From a virus, in IMG/VR virus record IMGVR_UViG_3300032331_002826, positions 1-64,000 of that record: a stretch of 64,000 bases of DNA; one strand, written 5' to 3'. Positions 40,215 through 50,862 of this stretch are shown here, piece by piece. Within the stretch, counting starts at the first letter, position 1. Every line of letters begins with the position of its first letter. The notes under the pieces were generated by a model, which made no database searches, was not told the DNA's origin, and worked only from the letters and a program-made list of their open reading frames with translations. A program made the translations under genes and the position numbers.

Positions 40215-42287
40215 TTAAAATTTCTTTGCGAGGAACGATTGATTTCTGTTTATTGCATTGTGTCCGATGATATTCGTACCCATCACATATCTTTGGTTAT
40301 CAACATTCATGTGCATATATTGATCATCACGTAGATAATTAACGCTATTGACCTTTACATTTGTTCCTTCTGTGGTTTTAACAAAGTCTCCTGCCTTGAT
40401 ATCTGTAACTTTGACCCATTGGTCATTTCCCAGATACCATTTATGGGAATGGTCAACATCAAACACTTGTCCGTCAATGTCCACTCTATAAATAGGTGCC
40501 ACATCAATATAAGCGACGTTAACTCTATTCCAAACGCCAGGAACCGAGTCTCTTAAATGCATTCCTACCGTTATATGTCTCGCTTCTACTACTCCCAGTT
40601 CTTTAGTTTCCATCAATTGCCATACAGCAGGACACCCACCTCCGCCTTCACCCGTTGTGGTTGGAACAGAAGAAACAGGACATTTCAACTGGTATAGTTC
40701 AAATGAGTAACTGCCCTCACCACCTTTTGAATCGAATATGTCAACGATTGCGGTGTAATCGTTGGATACACTTGGTTGTTGTGAAAGGGTAACACTTGAA
40801 CGCCCTTGCAATATCTTCAATGTCAATTGAGGGTTAATTTGATCCAACCCATCATTAAAGAACAGAGATTTCTTTTGAATGTCGCCGTGATTTTTTTCAT
40901 TACTATACGAAGCTGACTGGCCTTTTATTGTGATTTTCAACGTATGATCAATATTTCCTACGAAACTATAAACCTTGGTAGGCACAGGATTATCACATCC
41001 TTGTTTAGGTGAAACAGTCGGTGAAACCGGTTGTGCAGCATACGATGTCATTGACAAATTACCACTACACTCTTGATAGTCTTTAGCGTTATAAGCCATT
41101 CTCGAATTCCATACAACTCGTCCATTATAAATGATGGAAGCAGCGACGGAATGTGGACCACCCCAATTTTTATAGAATAGATTGACGTTCTTCCAACCAG
41201 CTGTGAGAGTTTTGGTCGTAGCATGATCACCCAAATATGCCTCTACTTGACTTGCATATGGAGAAGAACTATTTATGTCAGACAAATCAATCAGTTTAAC
41301 ACCATCCATGTCGATGTATCCAGCATTATCAGCAGAGAACTTAATAGTGTAACTTCCATCTGTTGGAATGTATACCTGATACGGGAGGGTATCTGAGGTT
41401 TCCCGTTCATACGTTTCAGATACCTTTTCACTATACACGCCGTAGGTATTAATCATTGGACTAGTCTGTAGACCAAGACTTTCCCACACGCCTTTATACT
41501 TTCCATACTTGTAAAACAGTTCTTTACAAGAGGTCTGTGGCGCAGCTACAGCAGCAACAGCCATTTGATGTATTGGTAATTGAACGGGAGCCGGAGGAGG
41601 AGTAACAATAGTTATCGGAGTAGGAAAAACTGGAACCGGACCTTTAATAACAAGATCGGTTGGTGGTATAATTTGAAGATCTTGTTGTACGGGACAAATA
41701 TCTCCCTGTACTAATGTCTGTGTCACTGATGTTCCCACTTTTGCGGTAGAAGACATGGACGTATCTGATGTTGACTGATTTACATTAGTTGAAGATGATG
41801 TTGTCTGCGTCGATGGTGTTGTCTGTTGAGTGGGCGACGAATTGATTCCTGATGAATCTGATGCTTTTGCAGCAGCAGAGAATAGAGGGAGATATGGAAA
41901 TGCAGTATTAAAATCAGACGGAATAGATCCTTCTCCTGCTTTTATTCTTAGAGATACAATAACATTTCTACTAGCATTGATAAGAGTATCTTTTTCAGAC
42001 GGATTTACAGATTGTAAACGTGTAGTTAAATCTGAAATTTGTTTTTGAAGATTTGTCTTTTCAGATTCAAGCGATGCCACTTTTTGGTTCGGTGCAGATG
42101 ATACTTCTTTAAACTCCTCTATCTCAATGTTGTACACCGATGACAACGACTGTTGTTCATACACTTCTGGATTTAAAATAACCGAAAGATATTTGTCTGA
42201 ACCTTCAACTATTATCAAGTTGCCAAATTCATCAAACTCATTCGTATATTCACCTGTACTTGTAAAATTGCTTTGGGTGGCATTCAT
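40215..42287 (-). CDS. Virion protein with PA14-like domain and C-terminal Hint (BIL/intein-like) domain
   Basis: YIPTDGSYTIKFSADNAGYIDMDG (PA14-like); GGGG-CPAVW...DHSH...WVKVTDIKAGDFV...IIGHN-A. Confidence 0.75.
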   Translation of the reverse strand: MNATQSNFTSTGEYTNEFDEFGNLIIVEGSDKYLSVILNPEVYEQQSLSSVYNIEIEEFKEVSSAPNQKVASLESEKTNLQKQISDLTTRLQSVNPSEKDTLINASRNVIVSLRIKAGEGSIPSDFNTAFPYLPLFSAAAKASDSSGINSSPTQQTTPSTQTTSSSTNVNQSTSDTSMSSTAKVGTSVTQTLVQGDICPVQQDLQIIPPTDLVIKGPVPVFPTPITIVTPPPAPVQLPIHQMAVAAVAAPQTSCKELFYKYGKYKGVWESLGLQTSPMINTYGVYSEKVSETYERETSDTLPYQVYIPTDGSYTIKFSADNAGYIDMDGVKLIDLSDINSSSPYASQVEAYLGDHATTKTLTAGWKNVNLFYKNWGGPHSVAASIIYNGRVVWNSRMAYNAKDYQECSGNLSMTSYAAQPVSPTVSPKQGCDNPVPTKVYSFVGNIDHTLKITIKGQSASYSNEKNHGDIQKKSLFFNDGLDQINPQLTLKILQGRSSVTLSQQPSVSNDYTAIVDIFDSKGGEGSYSFELYQLKCPVSSVPTTTGEGGGGCPAVWQLMETKELGVVEARHITVGMHLRDSVPGVWNRVNVAYIDVAPIYRVDIDGQVFDVDHSHKWYLGNDQWVKVTDIKAGDFVKTTEGTNVKVNSVNYLRDDQYMHMNVDNQRYVMGTNIIGHNAINRNQSFLAKKF

Positions 42288-44740
42288 TATCGAACTACTT
42301 TGAAATAAGTATTGTTGTCAATCACCTCGACAGCTCCATCTATCTCGGTTTTAATGAGAATCTTGAAATATCTTTCTTGTGGAAGACCCGTCATATCCAA
42401 CATAAAGTAGTTACCATTTGAATCACAACTCAATTTTGTTCCTTCATCAAAGTCAATTACAACTTCTTCGGTTTCGGTGTCTTTTATCGAATAGTAAGTT
42501 TCAACAGGAAGATATTTTGGAGTCAATTGTGATGTCTGCTGTGTTGCTTTAGTAAAATTCTTCAGCGGAAACTTTTCTCTAGCAAAAACATTCACTCTAA
42601 CAATACTGTTGTGTTTATATTCCTTCTTTATGTTTTTCAAAGTAACAATAAACGGAATATTACCATCAATCGGTTCCAAAGAATCGGTGACAAATTCTGA
42701 GTCATCCCATGTTATATCCAAACATGGAGTATAAATTGTATTTGTCTCTTTACTATAGAATCCCAATGCACCATTAGAAAGTGTACTCAACTCCTCTGAA
42801 GTCAATAGAATAATTCCCTCATTAGGAATACATCCGCTTATCCAAGATTTTACAATTGGAGTCACGTCCATTTTAATATCAGATGACTCATATGAAAAAC
42901 TTTGTGACATTATCAACGAACTTCCTGTGATCAATGTGTCATAAAATGGAGAATCAAACGACTGTGTTAGACTACCCGATACACTAGATGATGTTTCTGC
43001 CTTTACAACTTCAATTTGTTGATTGATGTAATACAACAAACTTGAAGAGAAATCGTTGGTAGCGCTAGATGTAAACTGAGCGGTCATCAATGACAAAGAA
43101 CTTGTCAACAATGACGGCGACATACTTGCACTTACATAGATCAAATATGGATCTGTAGTACCGAGAGCCTCAGACAAACTAGAAGAGAAATCGGTGTATA
43201 CCGTATTTACATTGATAGCATACAAACTAGCAGATGTGGCGTTCGCAGACCAATCATTCAAAATCGAATATACCTCATCAAATGTAGTCGGATTCAATCC
43301 ATACATACTACTCGAAAGATATACATCATAAGCGTAGGCATTATCAGAATAATAAGCAGCTGAGGATGAATCATTCAGGATCGTCTGAATACTAGAACTC
43401 AAGTGGTTAACAAACAACGTACTTGAACTGTATTCACTTTGGTACAACGAACAAGAACTACATGCAAGTGATGAGGTAGTATTGATTGTTGACAAATAAT
43501 CAGCAATGCTACCCGATGTATTTTCGTATGTAGGTACTGCGATTGATCTCAATAGATCGTTAGCCGCATCAGCATTTTGTTGTGATATAGTCGAGTCGGC
43601 CAACACTGACGCCAAACTTGAAGACAAAATACTGTCAAAACTGGAACTTAAGTTGGAATCTAGACTTGACGAATATTGTTGATCGAATGTAGGAATTGAA
43701 ATCTCTCTAGTATAAAAAGGAGTTTGAACACTAGATGTAGGATTGATAAACGATGATGGAACACTATAACACCATGTTCCTCCGCCATTACGAAACGCTG
43801 TAGATTTGTTTGACTCATTGGTCAAATAGTCAGATAATTGAGTAGTCGGATTGTAAGGATACCACACCTCACCTCCATTTTCATCACGATAGTTCCAACT
43901 TGCACCCAAATCAGTTCCATCATCTGCAAATCTTCCGTCACCCATAGACCAACTTTGACTGATTGGGTAAGCATAGATCGTATAATCAAACGGCAATTCC
44001 GATTGACGCAACACTTTCACTGAAAGAGTAAACTTTGGATCGACGACTTCACCTTTGCTGATCGAACTCGAAATTGAGGTTATATCAAATTTAATCATTG
44101 ATCTCGTCAACACCTGTGAAGAACTCAATGTAAAATGCGGTTCGTAATATTCGTAACTTCCAGATATAGACCCCAACAAAGTTCCCGATACTCCGTTCAA
44201 ACTTCCAGAAAAATTGAATAATAGACCCGTCACACTTCCTGATATTTCTCCTGTTACGGCTGATCCGGACACGCTTCCTGAAAGATGTGTAACACTTCCG
44301 CTTGAATTAGGATCAGATACTACAATCTCATCCGAGTAAGACACTCCGTTAATAGTAGCATCGTAAACATATCCGTTCAAACTTCCTGTAAAGTCTCCGG
44401 TAAAATCTGATGTGACGAAGTTTGAACAACTCATTTCGGCTGGATTAACATACCCAACTACGTTTCCGTTTACAACAGTAACATCTGATGAAGGGTCAGA
44501 TACGATAACGTTTATTGTACTTCCAGAAAAGTAGGCATCACATTGACCTTGAAAGTTTACAACGTTTTCTACAAATACGTTTGATGAACTGACATTGCTA
44601 GACTGATAATATGACACCTTTTGAACGGTGTTAGTCTGTGAAGCGACAGTCAGTATTTCATCAATACCAAAGTTCTTGTTCTCCAAGGTCTTTAGATTGG
44701 TAATATACGTGTCTTTAGATGGAAATAGAAAATGGTGCAT
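42287..44740 (-). CDS. Ser-rich baseplate-module structural protein
   Basis: 817 aa; KDTYI...NFGIDEIL, RSMIKFD, SWSMGDG, FYSKETNTIYTP; SSS/SGS-rich insertions. Confidence 0.6.
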   Translation of the reverse strand: MHHFLFPSKDTYITNLKTLENKNFGIDEILTVASQTNTVQKVSYYQSSNVSSSNVFVENVVNFQGQCDAYFSGSTINVIVSDPSSDVTVVNGNVVGYVNPAEMSCSNFVTSDFTGDFTGSLNGYVYDATINGVSYSDEIVVSDPNSSGSVTHLSGSVSGSAVTGEISGSVTGLLFNFSGSLNGVSGTLLGSISGSYEYYEPHFTLSSSQVLTRSMIKFDITSISSSISKGEVVDPKFTLSVKVLRQSELPFDYTIYAYPISQSWSMGDGRFADDGTDLGASWNYRDENGGEVWYPYNPTTQLSDYLTNESNKSTAFRNGGGTWCYSVPSSFINPTSSVQTPFYTREISIPTFDQQYSSSLDSNLSSSFDSILSSSLASVLADSTISQQNADAANDLLRSIAVPTYENTSGSIADYLSTINTTSSLACSSCSLYQSEYSSSTLFVNHLSSSIQTILNDSSSAAYYSDNAYAYDVYLSSSMYGLNPTTFDEVYSILNDWSANATSASLYAINVNTVYTDFSSSLSEALGTTDPYLIYVSASMSPSLLTSSLSLMTAQFTSSATNDFSSSLLYYINQQIEVVKAETSSSVSGSLTQSFDSPFYDTLITGSSLIMSQSFSYESSDIKMDVTPIVKSWISGCIPNEGIILLTSEELSTLSNGALGFYSKETNTIYTPCLDITWDDSEFVTDSLEPIDGNIPFIVTLKNIKKEYKHNSIVRVNVFAREKFPLKNFTKATQQTSQLTPKYLPVETYYSIKDTETEEVVIDFDEGTKLSCDSNGNYFMLDMTGLPQERYFKILIKTEIDGAVEVIDNNTYFKVVR

Positions 44741-44741
44741 A

Positions 44742-46697
44742 TTATACTGCTGTTGCTTTGATATCCGTTTCTGGGTTTTTCAATTCAAACACACATGGAT
44801 CCAATGAAGGATACACAATTTTGTTCACCGTGGCTGCATCAATGTTGTATTCAATTGGAGAATACGATCCATCTTTGCTTGTCAAATTTGTTAACTTGAG
44901 TGAAGCAACCGATTGAACTCCCTCCACCTTAGCAATTTCCAACTCCAATTGGCTCAAATTGATTGGTTGAGAGAATCCCCAAATGTCAATATTGAAAAAT
45001 GATTTAACTGCATTTACGCAATTTACTAACACTTCTTTTTTGTTGAAATTGTTGTATGTGACAATTTTGAATTCAACTCCAATGTTCACCACATATCCGT
45101 CGATCAAATTGATGCCATCCGTCATCATACGATACTGGTTCAAATACTGTCTGATGTTGTGGAATAGAGCAGGATTAGGTTTTACCAAGTTTTTGTTTTC
45201 ATCGTATGACAACAAAAACACATTGATTGAAAATGGATTTTTCAAATTTCCACTGATGTTGCGATTAGACAATACTTCGCTTTCTTGTGTCAATGATCCA
45301 TTTACAATCGAATTTGCGTTTAGATTGTTATCCGAAGTTACCGTTGCCTTCGCAATAGATCCAAACTTAGCGGGCAGCGCGTAGATACGAGCAATATAAT
45401 CATCTGCGGTAACAACACGATTTTGTGCAGCGAAGAATGCTGTGGCATTCTGTTTGATTTCATCAATCGACTCAGGTCCATCTCCACCAACTGCTGGTAT
45501 GTTATTTTCCACCGCAAGCGAATTCTTTACCACCTGGAAGAGGTTTTGTTCAGGAGTTGTAAGAAGAGTAAGATCGTTCTCAAACTCAACGCCTACGATG
45601 CTTTTAATGTCACCCGTCTGACTGTTTGATTCAACCCCACCACCAACAAGATAACGAACGGTAAATTGAGTTCCCTTCTTTGGATATATACCAAACGCAT
45701 CCGAATTGATGATGTTGGTAGGATCGAGAGATACATTAAGGGTTCTAAGATTGCTCAGACTAACACCTAGTATTTCAGCAGATGGTACTATAATTTCATC
45801 GTTGACACCTTCATTACCCGGACCGAACTCAAGATATGTTAGATCATCTGAGTTTATGTTGGACGTAAACTTTCGTTGGGTTCTAAGCAACTTCAAAATA
45901 TTTGGCACCGAAGATTGGTACTGAATATAACGATCATCATTCAACGAAGAGTTTTCATATGATGTGATAACAACATCCTGTGCGAGATAATCAACTTCAT
46001 ACCATTTTATGTTGTCTTGGTCTCTAACATCCAATATATCCAAAACATTGTTTTCATCCAAATACAGTTTGTAAAAGGATTGATTCTCATTGACCGTGAA
46101 AATCTTTTGAACTATTTTACCCGATATACCATTTACCGTTTTCTTCAATAGGAAAAATTGAGGAATTCCATAGTCATCTCTCGAACTCACAGATACTTCT
46201 CTTGGAGACTCGGAACTATCCAACGAAAAATCAATCAAATCAGTAGTTACAAAATATACGCCAGCACTATTGACCAACTGCATACCTTCTTTGATGCGAA
46301 GACAATACTTGTTGTCAGGAACATAGGATCCAGTGGAATCTTTTACCGATGGAACTACTTGATACACATCGAAATTTGTAAGTGACGGCCTAGAAACTTT
46401 TGGTTTGTATCCCAAAAACTTTGAAAGAGCAAGGACATTCTTTTTTTCCTCTGTATATGGAAAGATACTCTCCTTAAATTGTTGATCCAAGTAAAATGAC
46501 AGAACATCACCAACATATGATGCCATTTCAATAAATATCGTGCCAGGAGATGAGTCGGAAAAATCCTGATAGTTCTTTGGAAAATATGACTTGGTATAAT
46601 CAATTAGATTCTTCTTGAACTGAGAAAAATCTCTGTTCAAATACGAAACATCCTTGTTAGTCAAGGGTTTGAACGTTTTCTGTATAGTTGATGCCAT
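44742..46697 (-). CDS. gp6: Baseplate wedge subunit (gp6-like)
   Basis: RDFSQFKKNL, DFSDSSPG...EMASYVGDVLSFYLD, LGYKP, GGDGPESIDEIK, QNRVVTADDY. Confidence 0.88.
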   Translation of the reverse strand: MASTIQKTFKPLTNKDVSYLNRDFSQFKKNLIDYTKSYFPKNYQDFSDSSPGTIFIEMASYVGDVLSFYLDQQFKESIFPYTEEKKNVLALSKFLGYKPKVSRPSLTNFDVYQVVPSVKDSTGSYVPDNKYCLRIKEGMQLVNSAGVYFVTTDLIDFSLDSSESPREVSVSSRDDYGIPQFFLLKKTVNGISGKIVQKIFTVNENQSFYKLYLDENNVLDILDVRDQDNIKWYEVDYLAQDVVITSYENSSLNDDRYIQYQSSVPNILKLLRTQRKFTSNINSDDLTYLEFGPGNEGVNDEIIVPSAEILGVSLSNLRTLNVSLDPTNIINSDAFGIYPKKGTQFTVRYLVGGGVESNSQTGDIKSIVGVEFENDLTLLTTPEQNLFQVVKNSLAVENNIPAVGGDGPESIDEIKQNATAFFAAQNRVVTADDYIARIYALPAKFGSIAKATVTSDNNLNANSIVNGSLTQESEVLSNRNISGNLKNPFSINVFLLSYDENKNLVKPNPALFHNIRQYLNQYRMMTDGINLIDGYVVNIGVEFKIVTYNNFNKKEVLVNCVNAVKSFFNIDIWGFSQPINLSQLELEIAKVEGVQSVASLKLTNLTSKDGSYSPIEYNIDAATVNKIVYPSLDPCVFELKNPETDIKATAV

Positions 46698-46699
46698 AG

Positions 46700-47089
46700 T
46701 TAGTTGTTTTCCAGAAACATCTCAATCGAAGTAGTATCGTTATTAACGGAAATCGTAAGATTGATGTATAGTCTATAAATATCTACATCTTCCTTTTTTA
46801 GGACTTTAATGTCGATATTGTCAATGTTGGCAATGGGAACCCAATAGTTTATATCCTGAGTCAACGATTGTTTGATTCTTTGAGGAAGAGTAGCGTCGTT
46901 TTGATCAAATACAAATTTGTTAAGAGAATGACCAAACGTGGGCTGCATACGACGTTCGCCCTTTCTGGTATTCAACAAATTAACAATGTTAGTCTTTGTC
47001 TGTTCCAACGTATATATGGTTTGAGCAAAAAAACCACCCTCTCCGTTTTTAATAGGCAAAGTTAACCCGATGGGATATAGGGTAGCCAT
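46700..47089 (-). CDS. gp25: Baseplate gp25-like protein
   Basis: NIVNLLNTRKGERRMQPTFG...WVP. Confidence 0.9.
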   Translation of the reverse strand: MATLYPIGLTLPIKNGEGGFFAQTIYTLEQTKTNIVNLLNTRKGERRMQPTFGHSLNKFVFDQNDATLPQRIKQSLTQDINYWVPIANIDNIDIKVLKKEDVDIYRLYINLTISVNNDTTSIEMFLENN

Positions 47090-47090
47090 A

Positions 47091-47531
47091 TTACATCATT
47101 GATACATTAGAACTTGATGATCCTCCGGACTTTTTCTTATTATCAATAGCCTTCATCAAAGAAGAATAGTTCTTTGTAAGAGCTGTCGCAATAGGAGCGG
47201 GAACACTTTCAATATGGTCCAATACAGAGTTGGCAGATGGTCCCATATTAGATGAAACCAACGATCCTTCTTGTGGTACACCACCAACCGTCTCATTAAG
47301 AACCTTATTCAGTGCCTCATTTTTTGTGAATATCTTGTATTCCTTTTTTGGTTGAGGAGCAACGACCGATTTAGTTGTGCGTTCTATGGTTTTTTTAACA
47401 GGTTCAGATTGGTGTACAACCTTTGAAGAGAAAACCTCAGCCATGATCTGAGGCAAAAGAGATGGCAGAGTCTCTCTAACTTCTTGTTGCACCATCTCCT
47501 TGATTAGTTGTTTGAGTGAATCTTTTGTCAT
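47091..47531 (-). CDS. Conserved hypothetical protein
   Basis: LKQLIKEMVQQEVRE N-terminus; KNEALNKVLNET. Confidence 0.65.
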   Translation of the reverse strand: MTKDSLKQLIKEMVQQEVRETLPSLLPQIMAEVFSSKVVHQSEPVKKTIERTTKSVVAPQPKKEYKIFTKNEALNKVLNETVGGVPQEGSLVSSNMGPSANSVLDHIESVPAPIATALTKNYSSLMKAIDNKKKSGGSSSSNVSMM

Positions 47532-47573
47532 AGTATAATTAAATATCAGAGTTTTGTTTGTAAAGTGACACTA

Positions 47574-49256
47574 TTATTCAGGACGTTCACGTCTTATTTT
47601 ACCACGGAATCCGCCTGGAACTCCGTCTCCATTGTACGTATTAACACTAACAGGTTGTGATCCATCTGTTATATTTTCTCCGTCTTGACCCGGAGCATAT
47701 CCTCCGCCCGTCAAAAACACTCTACGGCTCATCAAATTGTAGAGTCGTTGTTCAAGATCAAGCAAAGGATTTAATTGAACACGTTCTTGGGTTTGATTAG
47801 GATCCGCTCCGCCAGCATCTGGATGACTGTGATCATACCAATGGGTATGAATTCTAAGCCACTCACATAGATCATACAACCAATCGACCGTTGTTTGACC
47901 TAACAATGCTGGTTCGTTTGTTTCATCGTACTGACCAAGATATATCACAGGAGCGTTGATGACTGCTTTTTTATGAGTAGTTAAAACAACCTGATCATGA
48001 GCATCAACAGTAAACTCGTTATCAGTGATAATACCATATCGTTTTTTAGAGAAGTGAAAAGTCTCTCCAAATCGGCTACTTAAAATGATACGATCAGTAT
48101 TTAGAATCAACTGATCTTTGTTTAGTACCGGCCAAGTAAAGTTGGTGGCACCATCAGGACAAAAAGCATCAACTTCTTCACGGGTATCATTTGAAAATAT
48201 CTTTTTGTAACAAGTTGTCACAAACTTAGATATTGTACAACCAGATGTTATGTGGATCGATGTACCATCGTTATTTATATCTTCCAACATGAACCCACCA
48301 ACATTTCTCTCAGGATGTCCATGATCATCCAACTCGATCTTTTCAATGATAGGAAGAAGATCGTGCAATTGAATGTCTCGATCTTTTTTTAAAGGTCTTT
48401 GTCTGTTACGAATAAGGACCATTGGATTTCCACCACCAACCTCCGGTTCGTCTTTGAAAAATGTATTCTTTTTACCCTCTCCTATAGCATAATCATCATA
48501 ACCCCAAAAATTATCAAAGGGATTAAGACTATATCCTTTATCGTTTGATCGATCATCGTCATACGCACCAAACCTAATTGATGATCCAAATCTACTTTCA
48601 AAAACCGTATCTCCTTCAAATCGTTTCAATGAACGAATATTTGGGTTGTTCAAAAAATATCTACCCAATGCACCTTCAAATCCATATCCGCCTTGAGCTC
48701 GTAGTTTACTAACCGGCCCTTTGTAGTCAACAAATTGAGGATCGTTTTGATCGGTCAATTCTTCACGGTTTCCCATTCCACCGCCGTATGTCAACTCAAA
48801 CGCAATATCAGCATTGTTGTTGATGAAGTTTTTGTAGTTGATTTTACGGGTATAGTAAAGGTTGCCGTGGTGTTCTACCACACCCACGATTTCATTAACA
48901 AGAGGATATTCTGATATGTTGTTCTCCAATGGAAGTGCCCATGGAAGACCTTCTTTTGGAACGCTAGTATGAGATCTAAGAAGTCGAAGTTTGACTCGTC
49001 CTATCCAAGTGTAATCTACATCGGAAAAATCTGTAGGTTTCCCGACATAATTTTCAGGCCACTGTGTCGAGTCAACGTAGTGTCCATTATTTGCCAACTC
49101 AGGATGTGTCTCATCCAATATGATATCCAAAACAACGGCAGGTTCGACTTGAATTGTGTCGGACCTATCCATTGAAAGGAATTTGATGTCTCGTTTGGTC
49201 GCCAAAAGATTTGTATCTTTTGACATATCCATTGGAAGAGGATTGTTACTTGTCAT
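47574..49256 (-). CDS. Baseplate hub/spike protein (gp5-like)
   Basis: GRVKLR, WALPL...YPLVNEIV OB-fold-like N-terminus; EGDTVFESRFGSSIRF; C-terminal HTH/HSH spike-tip His motifs. Confidence 0.65.
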   Translation of the reverse strand: MTSNNPLPMDMSKDTNLLATKRDIKFLSMDRSDTIQVEPAVVLDIILDETHPELANNGHYVDSTQWPENYVGKPTDFSDVDYTWIGRVKLRLLRSHTSVPKEGLPWALPLENNISEYPLVNEIVGVVEHHGNLYYTRKINYKNFINNNADIAFELTYGGGMGNREELTDQNDPQFVDYKGPVSKLRAQGGYGFEGALGRYFLNNPNIRSLKRFEGDTVFESRFGSSIRFGAYDDDRSNDKGYSLNPFDNFWGYDDYAIGEGKKNTFFKDEPEVGGGNPMVLIRNRQRPLKKDRDIQLHDLLPIIEKIELDDHGHPERNVGGFMLEDINNDGTSIHITSGCTISKFVTTCYKKIFSNDTREEVDAFCPDGATNFTWPVLNKDQLILNTDRIILSSRFGETFHFSKKRYGIITDNEFTVDAHDQVVLTTHKKAVINAPVIYLGQYDETNEPALLGQTTVDWLYDLCEWLRIHTHWYDHSHPDAGGADPNQTQERVQLNPLLDLEQRLYNLMSRRVFLTGGGYAPGQDGENITDGSQPVSVNTYNGDGVPGGFRGKIRRERPE

Positions 49257-49632
49257 TTTTAATAGAAGGTACTTTGATTGGTTTTTTTAGAGTTGCGTCA
49301 ATATCATCAATTTCTTTCATCAACTGACGCTTTTCTTCTTCGGTCAACATAAACGCTCCACCTGAACCTTCAGGTCCAGCATTTCCTCTCGACATGATAC
49401 GCTGTACTACAGCTGCAAGTTTAACCAACTGTTCATCATTTTTAACCCGTACATCAAAATAGTCTCTGATCAAAGGAACAATCAATAGCGCGTCATTTGC
49501 TGTTTTGACCAACGATCTCAGGTCGCTAATAAGGATATCAATTTGATCACGATTACTTTCCGAGTTACTTACAATGTCCTTACATAGATCTGAAAACTTC
49601 TTGTTTTTATATATCTCAATGTCGTTATCCAT
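49246..49632 (-). CDS. Conserved helical protein (possible terminase small subunit)
   Basis: 128 aa, all-helical; late motif at 49648; function is a guess. Confidence 0.45.
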   Translation of the reverse strand: MDNDIEIYKNKKFSDLCKDIVSNSESNRDQIDILISDLRSLVKTANDALLIVPLIRDYFDVRVKNDEQLVKLAAVVQRIMSRGNAGPEGSGGAFMLTEEEKRQLMKEIDDIDATLKKPIKVPSIKNDK

Positions 49633-49656
49633 ACCAGTATATCAGTGTATAAATAG

Positions 49657-49683
49657 AAAAACCACCCCAAACGGAGTGGTTTT
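49657..49683 (-). terminator. Rho-independent terminator
   Basis: aaaaccacccc-aaac-ggagtggtttt. Confidence 0.7.
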
Positions 49684-49706
49684 CCTTATTTTATTTTAGA
49701 GTCTAA

Positions 49707-50597
49707 TTACAACGCTCCTGCATCAGAATAGGATTTGGCTATCGTGGTTTGATAGTTTTTCATCCTATTGATGACCTTTGTTATTTGTTGGGTTTTACAA
49801 GATGAAATCTCACGGATGTACAAATACAATGCTTTTTTATTGAAAGCATCGATTCTATCACTATTTCTAAACAGTTCAATTACCGCATTAGCAATGTTAA
49901 TATCTCTCTGTTTGGTGAAGATCTTATTGATGTTCTTCTCCCAATAATCCACCATCAAACCAATGAACTCACGGTTTTCTTTTTCTCTGTAATGCGTATC
50001 TTCTTGCTGTAGTTTACATGTACCCTCACCATTGTCCTCACTAATTTCAACGTGTTGATTGAAACGTTTGTAGTTGGTGTTGTTTTGAAAAATAAGATAA
50101 TTCTTGGCGATGATACTAAAGTATCCAAATGCTTTACCTTTGCATTTGTCAAACTTGTGCATATTTGCTACCAAATGAGCTACTGTTTCTTTTTGTACTT
50201 CAAGTGGACCCGTCTCAAAATAACAGAATTTGAAAGTGTTAAATACGTTTTCTACCAATTTTTCAAACGGATACTTAATGTGAGTATTATAGATGTCATC
50301 TCTAGTGTCCTGATCATCCGTCGTGTTGTAAGTGATGATTGCGTCTTCTGTATTAGAGGTGAAATACATTTTGTCTTTAGAAGACTTTTTCTTCTTAGAA
50401 GACTCTGATGCAACATCAATATCAACTTCAGCGTCTACAACAATTTCTTCAATTGGCATTTCAACAGAACTAGTCTCTGTTTTTGAAGTCTTTTTTAGAA
50501 CCTTTTTATTTACGGACTTTTTCTTATTAACAGCGGGTTCTGTGCGACTTTTCTGTTTCTTAAGAACTTTGGTTATTTTCTTTTTGGTTTTTGACAT
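49707..50597 (-). CDS. Late sigma factor-like protein (gp55-like) with Lys-rich N-terminal extension
   Basis: HKFDKCKGKAFGYFSIIAKNYLI resembles sigma region 2 of gp55-type factors. Confidence 0.6.
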   Translation of the reverse strand: MSKTKKKITKVLKKQKSRTEPAVNKKKSVNKKVLKKTSKTETSSVEMPIEEIVVDAEVDIDVASESSKKKKSSKDKMYFTSNTEDAIITYNTTDDQDTRDDIYNTHIKYPFEKLVENVFNTFKFCYFETGPLEVQKETVAHLVANMHKFDKCKGKAFGYFSIIAKNYLIFQNNTNYKRFNQHVEISEDNGEGTCKLQQEDTHYREKENREFIGLMVDYWEKNINKIFTKQRDINIANAVIELFRNSDRIDAFNKKALYLYIREISSCKTQQITKVINRMKNYQTTIAKSYSDAGAL

Positions 50598-50859
50598 CAG
50601 ATTCAATCCTTGTATTTAATTTTTCGATTATTGTAACAATGTCCAAAAATATCACGCCGACCTCATCATCTTTTTGGAAAATCTGTTTATCGTCCAGTTG
50701 TTGGAGTTGGGTATAGACATTATTGACATCAGTCCTAAACTCTAACACCCACTGTTCATATATGTCAATTTTTTTCTGTCCTATATAAACAAGATAACCC
50801 AGTATCACAGAAGCTGTCACCGACACTATAACCAATATAACTAGTAAAGCTATTAACAT
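50560..50859 (-). CDS. Small membrane-anchored protein
   Basis: N-terminal hydrophobic helix; FQKDDEVG motif. Confidence 0.7.
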   Translation of the reverse strand: MLIALLVILVIVSVTASVILGYLVYIGQKKIDIYEQWVLEFRTDVNNVYTQLQQLDDKQIFQKDDEVGVIFLDIVTIIEKLNTRIESDVKNQKENNQSS

Positions 50860-50862
50860 ATT

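Noticed and set aside
40215-40634. Canonical splicing intein / mobile element
   Set aside because: Residue after His-Asn is Ala, the C-extein is only 13 aa and there is no endonuclease; treated as a BIL-type Hint domain
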